Assembly: GCA_047602425.1 (NCBI GenBank)
Contig: JASGHG010000001.1
Span: 3,968,001 to 4,032,000, forward strand
DNA from: Nibricoccus sp.
GTDB lineage: Bacteria > Verrucomicrobiota > Verrucomicrobiia > Opitutales > Opitutaceae
Direction of reading: 5' to 3'
Length of the DNA: 64,000 bases
In this document: piece by piece, positions 1 through 8,778 of the stretch
Position numbering within the stretch: position 1 is the stretch's first letter
How the letters are laid out: every line of letters begins with the position of its first letter
Program-made: the position numbers and the translations under genes
Notes under the pieces: model-generated
What the model was told of the DNA's origin: nothing
Database searches by the model: none
What the model saw: only the letters and a program-made list of their open reading frames with translations

Positions 1-601
1 CGCCCGGCGAGTGGCCCCAAGTCGATAGCGTCTTGACGGACATGGGCCCCACGTGGAAAAAAGCGTTTTCGGCAAAAGTTTTGGCACCGGGAAGCGAAAC
101 CGGTTCGCGCTCGCTCGCCCAGACTTCGCCCTTGGTTTCGGCCGCCAGCCGCGGCAGATCCGCGATGTGGTCCTCGTGGGTGTGGGTCAGGAAAATGTAG
201 CGGACGTTCAGGCGATATTCACGGATGAATTCCAGCATGGGTTCGCAAGTGGCGCCCGTATCGAAGACCGCGGCGTGGCGCGACCGATCGTCCCAAATGA
301 TATAGCTGTTCACGGTCATGTCGTCCATCGGGGTGTTGAACGCCGTGAAACCCGTCGGAAAAACGGGAACCTGCGGATACCATTTTTTCTCCGCGAGGCG
401 GACGAGGGCATCTCGATTCAAACGGAGATGGCTGGCGACCCGTCGCGCAACCGCTTCATTAAATTGACCGGCTTTCAGCGCTGCGACATCGCCGGGGCGG
501 ACATCGGCGCGGCGGGCGAGTTCGACGTCGTCGATTCCAAGGCCGCGTTGGGCCTTGGCGATAACGTCGTTGAAATTATCTTCTAGCGGGATGCGTCCCA
601 T
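1..601 (-). CDS. MBL-fold metallo-hydrolase with N-terminal HTH-like extension (runs off window start)
   Basis: Manual translation from the ATG at 601: MGRIPLEDNFNDVIAKAQRGLG...FDTG...LTHTHEDHI...WGHSPG. THxHxDH and GH(S/T)PG are MBL motifs. Missing from the ORF track because the gene is truncated. Confidence 0.88.
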   Translation of the reverse strand, partial: MGRIPLEDNFNDVIAKAQRGLGIDDVELARRADVRPGDVAALKAGQFNEAVARRVASHLRLNRDALVRLAEKKWYPQVPVFPTGFTAFNTPMDDMTVNSYIIWDDRSRHAAVFDTGATCEPMLEFIREYRLNVRYIFLTHTHEDHIADLPRLAAETKGEVWASEREPVSLPGAKTFAENAFFHVGPMSVKTLSTWGHSPG

Positions 602-734
602 GCGTGCGAGCTAGCGCAAGCGGCCCGGCGGGCGCAAGCGCAATGCCTTGCAGACAGATTTAACGTTCCGCGAACGACTCGTGTCCGCTTTGCCTTGCCA
701 GCCACCCACAGAGTACGTTTTCTGCCATTCCCCC

Positions 735-1520
735 ATGAATCCTTCCGAATACCTAACATCCTTATTTTCTCTAACCGGCAAAGTCGCTGTGGTCATCGGT
801 GGCACCGGCGAACTTTGCGGCGCCATGGCTGAAGGCATGGCCGGTGCCGGCGCCGAAGTCGTCATCGTTGGCCGCAGCAAAGAAAAGGCCGATGCCCGCA
901 TCGCCAAGATCCAGGCCGCGGGAGGCAAAGCCTATTTCGTCGCCACGGAGGCGAGCAGCAAAACCGAGCTCGAACAGCTCCTGAAAACTGTCCTCGAGAA
1001 ATCGGGGAAGGTCGATATCGTCGTCAATGGCGCCGGCGTTAATTCCGCCACGCCTTACTTTGAGATCACGGAGGACGAATTCGAGCGCATCATGAAGATC
1101 AATTTGAAGGGCGTTTTTCTCGGTTGCCAAGTGTTCGGCAAGTACCTTGTCGATCGCGGACAGGGCGGTTCGATCATCAACCTTGGCTCAATGTCGGGCG
1201 TGGTGCCGCTCTCGCGGGTTTTCACCTATTCCGCGAGCAAAGCCGCTGTCCACAACCTTTCGCTCAACCTCGCGCGCGAATGGGCCACGAAAAACGTCCG
1301 CGTCAACGTCCTTGTGCCCGGTTTCTTCCCGGCCGAGCAAAACCGCAAGATTCTCAGCCCCGAACGCGTGGCCAGCATCATGGGTCATACCCCGATGAAA
1401 CGTTTCGGCGAAGCCAAGGAGCTGATTGGCGCGACCTTGCTCCTCGCGAGCGACGCCGGCTCATTCGTCACCGGTGATGAAATTATCGTCGACGGCGGTT
1501 ATCACGCGATGACGATTTGA
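735..1520 (+). CDS. SDR-family oxidoreductase (gluconate 5-dehydrogenase/KduD/mannonate oxidoreductase-like)
   Basis: GGTGELC nucleotide-binding loop, VNGAG, catalytic YSASK, C-terminal VDGG. ATG at 735 preferred over 648. Confidence 0.88.
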   Translation: MNPSEYLTSLFSLTGKVAVVIGGTGELCGAMAEGMAGAGAEVVIVGRSKEKADARIAKIQAAGGKAYFVATEASSKTELEQLLKTVLEKSGKVDIVVNGAGVNSATPYFEITEDEFERIMKINLKGVFLGCQVFGKYLVDRGQGGSIINLGSMSGVVPLSRVFTYSASKAAVHNLSLNLAREWATKNVRVNVLVPGFFPAEQNRKILSPERVASIMGHTPMKRFGEAKELIGATLLLASDAGSFVTGDEIIVDGGYHAMTI

Positions 1521-1540
1521 GGTTGATGAATTTTTGTTAT

Positions 1541-1576
1541 AAGGCCGGAAGCTTTCGGGGCTTCCGGCCTTTTTTC
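1541..1576 (+). terminator. Rho-independent terminator
   Basis: AAGGCCGGAAGC-loop-GCTTCCGGCCTT followed by a T-run, just after the SDR stop. Confidence 0.85.
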
Positions 1577-1782
1577 TATCTATTGATCGGATCGGGCCTT
1601 CAGGTGGAGAGTGTAGATTGCCGACTCGATTTTCATACGACTCTAACGTGAGATCTTACTGTAGGAATCGACGCAATATAACTACCTACTAGAATACTAC
1701 ACCTGATGTATGCAGATGACTAAATTGAAGTATCAAATATAACACTTGCGTCTTTGTTAAGTTTATATTGGATTTCCCGCCT

Positions 1783-2154
1783 ATGGTTACTGATAATGTT
1801 AAACAACTCCAAGCCGCCAGAGCGAAGGTGGCCGCACTCGAGCAGTCCATTGCCAAGGAACGGACGCAAAAATTGGCCAAACTGCCCGCCCAACTCGGCT
1901 TCGACAGCGTTGCTGATTTGATCGATGCTCTCAAACAGGTTGCTGGCGGTCGCAAGGCCGGCAAATCCGTCAAGGCCGGCAAATCCGGCAAACGTGCCAA
2001 GCGCGCGAAGATCACCCCCGAGGTGAAGGACAAGGTCAAGGAGGCCGTCAAGGCCGGCAAGACCGGCGCCGTGATCGCCAAGGATCTCGGCATCTCCCTC
2101 CCGAGCGTGCAGAACATCAAGAAAGAACTCGGCCTCGTCAAAAAACGCGGTTGA
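1783..2154 (+). CDS. Small Lys/Ala-rich putative DNA-binding protein (coiled coil + basic linker + C-terminal HTH)
   Basis: Strong coding bias, AT-rich upstream region, own terminator; C-terminus KTGAVIAKDLGISLPSVQNIKK is HTH-like. Confidence 0.75.
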   Translation: MVTDNVKQLQAARAKVAALEQSIAKERTQKLAKLPAQLGFDSVADLIDALKQVAGGRKAGKSVKAGKSGKRAKRAKITPEVKDKVKEAVKAGKTGAVIAKDLGISLPSVQNIKKELGLVKKRG

Positions 2155-2176
2155 TCCAACGTCAGTCTTTCAATCC

Positions 2177-2206
2177 AGCCCCCGGAAAAACCGGGGGCTT
2201 TTTTTC
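2177..2206 (+). terminator. Rho-independent terminator
   Basis: AGCCCCCGG-AAAAA-CCGGGGGCT followed by a T-run. Confidence 0.85.
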
Positions 2207-2259
2207 GCCCTTGCCTGAAGGGCCGTAACGCGAGTGCATGGGACAACGGCTGGCAAAAT

Positions 2260-3163
2260 ATGAACGCTTATATTCAGGCCAATACAAACGGACGCCTCCA
2301 TTCGGCTGACGAGCCGTCGATTTCCCCGCTGAATCGTGGTTTTTTGTACGGCGATGCCATTTATGAAGTCTGGCGCACCTACCACGGCGTGGTTTTCGCC
2401 TGGCTGGAGCACGAACGTCGTCTCGAACGCTCCGCGCAGGCTTTGCATTTGAATCTGCCTTTTGCCGCTGAGCAGATGTTCGGTGAAATCAAAAAAACTT
2501 CCGAGGCATTTCGCGCGCGGGTGCCCTCGGCGGAGGAACTCTATATTCGCGTTCAAGTGACGCGTGGCACGGGCCAAATTGGACTCGATACCGCACTTGC
2601 CGAGAAAACCGACTTTACGATTCTCGTGCAGAAAAACGCGATTTTTCCACCGGAGAAGCTCGCCGCCGGGCTGCGTCTTTCCCTGGCCGATTTGCGGCGT
2701 AATCCGCCTGAGGCCCTCAATCCCGCGTGGAAGACAGGCAACTATCTCAACAATATACTTTGCTTGCGCGAGGCCCGGGCGCGCGGAGCCGATGAGGTTG
2801 TTATCGCCAACCTGGCAGGCGAAATCGCCGAAGCGGCGGTTAGTAATATCGCATTCATACGCGACGGCGTGGTGGTCACGCCACCGCTTTCCGCGGGCAT
2901 TCTCGCCGGCATCACGAGGGAAATTCTGATCCGCGAGATCGCTCCCAAAGCGGGCGTGAAAGTAGTGGAAGAATCGATACGCCGACCTGCCGCGCATGCA
3001 GGAATGTTTTCTGCTTTCTTCCACCAAGGATCTGACGCCGGTTTCGGCAATCGACAATCATGCGTTCCATGTAGCACCTGATTCGGTAACGTTGCGCTTG
3101 AAAAAGGCGTTTTTGGACTACGCGAGGTCGTACGCTCGATCGCATCCTGAACTAAAATTGTAG
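2260..3163 (+). CDS. Class IV aminotransferase (IlvE/Dat/PabC family), frameshifted near 2980
   Basis: RGFLYGDAIYE, KTGNYL, GILAGITR. The expected C-terminus (ADLPRMQECFLLSSTKDLTPVSAID...ELKL*) lies in the +1 frame and ends at TAG 3161-3163. Confidence 0.85.
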
Positions 3164-3233
3164 ACGGCGGAGGTGGTCCCTCGCGCAAAAGGCGTTGCGC
3201 TGACCAGTCGCCTGGCCATCGTTTTCAACTCAC

Positions 3234-4322
3234 ATGCCGCAAAAATTCGTCGTCATCATTGCCGGTGGAAAAGGAGAGCGCTTCTGGCCGCAAAGCCGCG
3301 CCCGCCGCCCCAAGCATCTGCTGCCCATCGTCGGGAAAAAACCGCTGCTGGTGCAAACGCTCGATCGCGTGAAATCGCTCGTGCCGGCGAAGAATATTTT
3401 TGTCATCACCAGCGCGATCCAGGAGGACGCGGTGCGCGAAGTCTGCTCCAAACTTCCGAAGGGAAACATTATTGCCGAACCAGTTGGCCGCGACACGGCG
3501 CCTGCGGTTGGGCTGGCGGCGGCCATTGTCGGTGCGCGCGACCCGAACGGCGTGTTTGCCGTGTTACCGGCGGACCACGTGATCCATGACGCGAAGTCCT
3601 ATCAACGCGATCTGCGCGCAGCATTTGCCGCCGCGGAATCTGCATCGATGATGGTAACCATCGGCATCGCGCCCACCGAGCCCGCGACGGGTTTTGGCTA
3701 TATCCAGCGAGGCGAGGTTTGGCGGAATTTCGAAGGTTTCGCGGTTTATAAAGTGAAGCGTTTTGTCGAAAAACCGACCTTGGAGGTGGCGAAAGGTTAC
3801 ATCGCTGGTGGCGACTACATGTGGAATGCCGGCATGTTTGTCTGGAGCGTCCCCGTAGTGGAGTCCGCGCTGGCGCAGCACGCTCCTGAACTTCACGCCG
3901 GTTTCAATCCGATCCGTGCGGCGCTGGCCAAACGCAAGGCGCTCGCTCCGGTGCTGAAGAAAGCATACCCGAAGTTGGAAAAAATTTCGGTCGATTACGC
4001 GCTGCTCGAAAAATCCAGCAACGTGATTGTGCTGCCTTCGTCCTTCGACTGGGACGATGTTGGCGCTTGGCCGGCAGTGCCGAAACATTTTGAAAAAGAC
4101 GCGGCTGGCAACGTGACGCGTGGGCGGGCGATTGTTGAGGCGGGAAACAACAATATCGTTTTCTCCGAGGGAAATCATCTGCTCACGGTGCTGGGCGCGG
4201 ATGATTTAATTGTCGTGCATATGCCGGATGCCACGCTAGTGGCCCCGAAATCGAAGGCGCAGGAAATCAAGTCGCTGCTCAAGCGCATCGAAGCCGAGAA
4301 GGACGGCAAACGCTGGTTGTAA
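3234..4322 (+). CDS. manC: Mannose-1-phosphate guanylyltransferase
   Basis: IIAGGKGERFWPQSR..PKHLL, EPVGRDTAPA, FVEKP, WNAGMF, SVDYA, WDDVG. Confidence 0.93.
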   Translation: MPQKFVVIIAGGKGERFWPQSRARRPKHLLPIVGKKPLLVQTLDRVKSLVPAKNIFVITSAIQEDAVREVCSKLPKGNIIAEPVGRDTAPAVGLAAAIVGARDPNGVFAVLPADHVIHDAKSYQRDLRAAFAAAESASMMVTIGIAPTEPATGFGYIQRGEVWRNFEGFAVYKVKRFVEKPTLEVAKGYIAGGDYMWNAGMFVWSVPVVESALAQHAPELHAGFNPIRAALAKRKALAPVLKKAYPKLEKISVDYALLEKSSNVIVLPSSFDWDDVGAWPAVPKHFEKDAAGNVTRGRAIVEAGNNNIVFSEGNHLLTVLGADDLIVVHMPDATLVAPKSKAQEIKSLLKRIEAEKDGKRWL

Positions 4323-4356
4323 GATGAAAATGGATACGCAAGCGCGCATTCCGAGG

Positions 4357-4438
4357 GTAGGGACGGCTCTCCGAGCCGTCCGTTGCTGTTGCCTACGATT
4401 AGAGTTGTGCAGCGGACGCCTCGGAGAGGCGTCCCTAC
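4357..4438. repeat. REP-like inverted doublet (REPIN-like)
   Basis: GTAGGGACGGCTCTCCGAGCCGTCC ... GGACGCCTCGGAGAGGCGTCCCTAC: two imperfect hairpins with GTAG feet in inverted orientation, intergenic. Confidence 0.75.
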
Positions 4439-4459
4439 CGACAGAGAGAGGCTTCTAGC

Positions 4460-4897
4460 ATGCGGTGTCTTGGCATCGACTATGGTTCGAAGCGCGTCGG
4501 TCTTAGCTACGGCGACGAGATCGGTGTCGCGACTCCATTGCCTGCGCTCATTGATGCGGACGCTACGAAACGTTGGGCCGCACTGGTCGCAGTAGTGAAG
4601 GCGCGGCGCGCGACGGATTTGGTTCTGGGGTTTCCCTACAATATGGACGGCTCGGTCGGCTTCAAAGGGAAGGAAGTTGAAGCGTTTGCCGAAAAACTAC
4701 GCAAAGAGTTCGGCCTCCCGGTGCATTTTGTCGATGAGCGGTTGACCTCGTATGAGGCGGAGGACTCGATTCCAAAAGCGAAGCGCCGCGACGTGCGGGC
4801 GAGCGGTTTGGTGGATTCGCGTGCCGCGACGATTATCTTGCAGGATTTCCTCGATCAAAAACTGCCGACGCCACCGCCGCTGGAGGAGGAACCGTGA
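4460..4897 (+). CDS. ruvX: YqgF/RuvX pre-16S rRNA nuclease
   Basis: LGIDYGSKRVG, VDERLTS, DSRAATIILQ. Confidence 0.93.
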   Translation: MRCLGIDYGSKRVGLSYGDEIGVATPLPALIDADATKRWAALVAVVKARRATDLVLGFPYNMDGSVGFKGKEVEAFAEKLRKEFGLPVHFVDERLTSYEAEDSIPKAKRRDVRASGLVDSRAATIILQDFLDQKLPTPPPLEEEP

Positions 4898-5673
4898 GTT
4901 CCGAAGTGCTGGCTGTGAAGAAAAACTTGTCCGCAGCTCAGCGTTGGAAATGTGTCTGTGCCTACGACGGAACGACCTTTGCCGGCTGGCAGAGCCAGCA
5001 CGGTGGAGGTGCGATTCAGGACGTAATCGAAGCGCGCTTGAAGCAGATGTTCGGCGAACTCATCCGCATTCACGCGAGCGGAAGGACGGATGCGGGTGTG
5101 CATGCTCACGGACAGGTTTTCCATTTCGACGCGGCGTGGAAACATGGACCGGAAAAATTGCGGGCGGCACTGTGCGCGGGCCTGCCATCGGCGATCCAGA
5201 TCAAAACGTTACGCATAGCCACGCAGGATTTTCACTCGCGATTTTCCGCGACGGGAAAGATCTACGAATACCATCTTTTTCTCGGCGACGCCGATCCTTT
5301 CACAAGGCCATTTGTGTGGACGATCGCAAAACCGCTCGATCTCGCGGCCATGCAAACGGCGACGGAGGTTTTGCAGGGAAAACACGATTTTCGCGCTTTT
5401 TCTGCGCTGAACGGTCCACCGAAGGAAGATACCGTGCGGGATTTGAGGCGATTTGAGCTGGTTCGGCGAGGACGCCGCGTTCGAATCGTCGCCGAAGCTG
5501 ACGGTTTTATGTACAAGATGGTTCGCAGCCTGGTGGGTGCGCTTGTGGCGGTGGGGGAGGGCAAGATGTCACCGCCTAAACTGCGTGAGATTCTGGAGTC
5601 GAAACAGCGGACGCCGCTCATCCAGACCGCGCCGCCGCAGGGATTGTTTTTGGTCAAAGTGCTGTATTCATAA
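4894..5673 (+). CDS. truA: tRNA pseudouridine(38-40) synthase
   Basis: AYDGTTFAGWQSQ, SGRTDAGVHA, HDFRAF, FMYKMVR, TAPPQGLFL. Confidence 0.95.
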   Translation: MSSEVLAVKKNLSAAQRWKCVCAYDGTTFAGWQSQHGGGAIQDVIEARLKQMFGELIRIHASGRTDAGVHAHGQVFHFDAAWKHGPEKLRAALCAGLPSAIQIKTLRIATQDFHSRFSATGKIYEYHLFLGDADPFTRPFVWTIAKPLDLAAMQTATEVLQGKHDFRAFSALNGPPKEDTVRDLRRFELVRRGRRVRIVAEADGFMYKMVRSLVGALVAVGEGKMSPPKLREILESKQRTPLIQTAPPQGLFLVKVLYS

Positions 5674-5674
5674 A

Positions 5675-6409
5675 ATGAAGACAGTACTCAAACGTTTGGC
5701 GCGGAAACTGGGCGAGGTAACATTTCCTCCCGTCTGCGTTTCATGCGACGGTTTGATCGAACCTCACCTTTACCGGCACGTATGTGCGAGCTGCGCGGAG
5801 AAATTCGATTTTGTGGAAGGACCGGCGTGCTACGTCTGCGGGCATCCCTTTTATGGCGAACTGGCGGGCGAAAGGATGTGCCCTCATTGCGAAGGGCTGG
5901 CGCCGGCATTTCGGCAAGGGCGAACTTGCGTGTTGTTCAAAGGTCCGGCTCGGGCACTGGTGCATGAGTTGAAATACCACCGTGGACTCTATGCGTTGGC
6001 CGATATCGAAACGGTTATTCGACGCACGCCACGGGTCTTGGATTTGATCCGCGACGCAGTCCTTGTGCCCGTACCATTACATTCGCGAAAGCAGCGGGAA
6101 CGCGGTTATAATCAATCGTTATTACTCGCGGAGACTTTTGCCCGCGTGGCGGGTGGAAGAACATGCGTGGAGATATTGATAAAGCGTGACATAGACACGG
6201 TTTCTCAGACCGCCTTTGACCGGCAGACCCGGCGAACCAACCTAAAAAATGCCTTTTCAGTGGCCCGGGGGCGCGTCATAAACCGGCATCAACATTACAT
6301 CCTTGTCGATGACGTCTTTACAACAGGTTCAACCCTCAACAGCTGCGCGGCCGTGCTGCGCCGGGCGGGTTGCCTAAATCTGGACGTTGTCACATTCGGT
6401 CACGGTTAA
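5675..6409 (+). CDS. comF: ComF family protein (double zinc ribbon + PRTase)
   Basis: Four CxxC pairs, PVPLH..RERGYNQ, LVDDVFTTGSTL; ATG at 5675 directly after truA. Confidence 0.88.
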   Translation: MKTVLKRLARKLGEVTFPPVCVSCDGLIEPHLYRHVCASCAEKFDFVEGPACYVCGHPFYGELAGERMCPHCEGLAPAFRQGRTCVLFKGPARALVHELKYHRGLYALADIETVIRRTPRVLDLIRDAVLVPVPLHSRKQRERGYNQSLLLAETFARVAGGRTCVEILIKRDIDTVSQTAFDRQTRRTNLKNAFSVARGRVINRHQHYILVDDVFTTGSTLNSCAAVLRRAGCLNLDVVTFGHG

Positions 6410-6418
6410 AATTTCACC

Positions 6419-7288
6419 ATGTCGCTGTTCAGCAAGCCGAAGTATTCGACAGTTGTAGTTAAGAAAAAAGACATCCCGAAGGGGCTTTGGACCAAATGTC
6501 CGATCTCCGGCGAAATCGTCTTCAACAAGGAATTGGAGGACAACCTCATGGTGGTGCCGAAGTCCGGCTACCATTTCCCGATTAGCGCACGGGCGCGGAT
6601 CGCGGCGTTGTTCGACCAAAATACCTTTGAGGAAGCCGACGCCAAAGTGCGCTCGGCCGATCCGCTGAAATTCGTCGACTCCCAGCCTTATCCCGAACGT
6701 CTGAAGAAGTACGAGAAGGAGAGCGGCCTGCCCGAAGCGGTCGTATGTGGCACGGGCAGCATTCACGAGATCGATGTGTCAGTGGCCGTGATGGATTTCC
6801 GTTTTTGCGGGGGTGCGATGGGTTCGGCCTCGGGCGAAAAAATCACCCGCGCCATTGAAGTGGCACTCAAGAAAAAGATTCCCTGCATCATCTTTAGCGC
6901 CTCGGGTGGCGCCCGCATGCAGGAAGGTATTTTCTCGCTCATGCAGATGGCAAAGACCAGTGCGGCGCTGGGTCGTCTCGCGGAAGCACGCCTGCCGTTT
7001 ATCTCGGTGCTCACGCATCCGACCATGGGCGGCGTCACGGCCAGCTTCGCGACGCTGGGCGACGTAATCCTGGCCGAACCCGGCGCGCTCGTCGGTTTTG
7101 CCGGCGCCCGCGTGATCAAGGAAACCACGAAACAAACGCTACCACCAGGTTTCCAAAGCGCGGAATTTCTCCTTCAACACGGCTTGATCGATCAGATCGT
7201 GAGCCGTCTCGAAATGCGCGACCGCTTGCGCGACCTGCTGCAAGCCCTGTACGTCGGGAAGCAGTCCGCGGCCAATGCCAAAAGCTGA
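6419..7288 (+). CDS. accD: Acetyl-CoA carboxylase carboxyltransferase beta subunit
   Basis: [35 protein letters not shown]. Confidence 0.95.
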   Translation: MSLFSKPKYSTVVVKKKDIPKGLWTKCPISGEIVFNKELEDNLMVVPKSGYHFPISARARIAALFDQNTFEEADAKVRSADPLKFVDSQPYPERLKKYEKESGLPEAVVCGTGSIHEIDVSVAVMDFRFCGGAMGSASGEKITRAIEVALKKKIPCIIFSASGGARMQEGIFSLMQMAKTSAALGRLAEARLPFISVLTHPTMGGVTASFATLGDVILAEPGALVGFAGARVIKETTKQTLPPGFQSAEFLLQHGLIDQIVSRLEMRDRLRDLLQALYVGKQSAANAKS

Positions 7289-8579
7289 GTTTGCCGGTTA
7301 CCCGGAGGTTCAGGACTATCTCTTCAGCCTGAAGGCGAAGGGTGTGAAGTACGGCATCGACCGAATGGAACTGTGGCTTGGCGCGCTCGGGCATCCCGAA
7401 CGGGCCACACCGACGATCCATATCACAGGGACAAACGGCAAGGGCTCGACCGCGGCAATGCTGGAGGCGATTTTGCGCGCGGCGGGTTGGCGCACCGGCC
7501 TCTATACCTCGCCGCATCTCGTGCGACTGGGTGAACGTGTGCAGGTGAACCGGGAGATTTTGTCCGAACGGGAAATTATCGATTTTGCCAATGAATTGAA
7601 GCCAATCGCCGAAAACGTGTCTCGCGAAAGCCCAGACGATCACCCGAGCTTCTTCGAGTTCATGACCGCGATGGCCTTTCTGCAATTCGCACGAAAGAAA
7701 TGTGACATGGCATTGATCGAAGTCGGTTTGGGCGGACGGCTCGATGCGACCAATGTGGTGCAGCCTGAGGTGTCGGTCATCACCTCGGTGAGTTTGGATC
7801 ATTGCGAAATGTTAGGCGACACGATTGAAAAAATCGCCACAGAAAAAGCGGGTATCGTCAAACAGGGGCGACCGGTTGTCATCGGGCTTCTGCCTCCGGC
7901 CGCCGAACAAATTGTGCGCGAAATCGCGGCGAGCCGACAGGCGAAGGTTTATTCCGTGCGCGAGGAATTTGGGCGTGATTTGAGCGCTTTCCCTGCGACC
8001 AACCTTGAAGGCGAATATCAACGTTGGAATGCTGCGACAGCGACGTTGGTGGCCAAGATTCTGCCCACGCGTTGGAAATTAAACGAGGCGGTCGTGGCTC
8101 AAGGACTGCAAAAAGTTTCCTGGGCCGGCCGCTGGCAACGTCTGAATTGCGACGGTCGCCTGTTAGTGCTCGATGCGTCACACAATCCGGAAGGTGCCCA
8201 AGTTTTGGATACAAATCTCCGGCGGCTAGTTTCTGAAACTGGAAGGCCTCCAGTGGTTGTTACGGGTGTCCTCGGCGCGGCGCGGGCGCGGCCGTTGCTT
8301 GAGACCGTTTGTCGTCATGCGCGCGAGATTCACCTCGTCATGCCACAACAGGCGCGAGCCTGCACATTTGAACAACTCGAAGCTTTAGTCCCCGCGGATT
8401 TCAAAGGTTCGCTGCGTCGCGCGACGGTGATGGACATTTTTCCGGGACCGGGAAAATGCACCGTGGGGAAAGCGGGCGACACCGTTTTGGTGACGGGCTC
8501 GATTTATCTCTTGGGCGAAGTGCTGGCGCAGCTCCAACCCGAACGCGGAAGCGGCGAAGGCCGGCTGCAAGATTTCTAG
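7275..8579 (+). CDS. folC: Folylpolyglutamate synthase/dihydrofolate synthase
   Basis: [40 protein letters not shown]; follows accD. Confidence 0.95.
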   Translation: MPKAEFAGYPEVQDYLFSLKAKGVKYGIDRMELWLGALGHPERATPTIHITGTNGKGSTAAMLEAILRAAGWRTGLYTSPHLVRLGERVQVNREILSEREIIDFANELKPIAENVSRESPDDHPSFFEFMTAMAFLQFARKKCDMALIEVGLGGRLDATNVVQPEVSVITSVSLDHCEMLGDTIEKIATEKAGIVKQGRPVVIGLLPPAAEQIVREIAASRQAKVYSVREEFGRDLSAFPATNLEGEYQRWNAATATLVAKILPTRWKLNEAVVAQGLQKVSWAGRWQRLNCDGRLLVLDASHNPEGAQVLDTNLRRLVSETGRPPVVVTGVLGAARARPLLETVCRHAREIHLVMPQQARACTFEQLEALVPADFKGSLRRATVMDIFPGPGKCTVGKAGDTVLVTGSIYLLGEVLAQLQPERGSGEGRLQDF

Positions 8580-8644
8580 ATTTCGCAGAGCCGGAACGAA
8601 ATCTACCATAAAGTTAGTTTCCTCCTGTCGCACTGATATGTAAA

Positions 8645-8738
8645 AAAGTGTCACGTATTAAGTGACACTTTACCTGTTTTCCAACCGTGTAAGAATGGTT
8701 AGTGTCGCCAAAATAAGTGTCACGTAATACGTGACACT
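8645..8738. repeat. Pair of palindromes, TGTCA-N9-TGACA family
   Basis: AAAGTGTCACGTATTAAGTGACACTTT (8645-8671) and AGTGTCACGTAATACGTGACACT (8716-8738), between convergent genes. Confidence 0.8.
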
Positions 8739-8778
8739 CTGCCGGGCCGAGCATGGCCCGGCCGTGCGGAGGGGGAAT

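Noticed and set aside
53..586. 177-aa + strand ORF
   Set aside because: Antisense to the MBL hydrolase, which has clear motifs.
5453..5674. N-terminal extension of ComF in the ORF track
   Set aside because: Overlaps truA; the ATG at 5675 gives a normal-length ComF.
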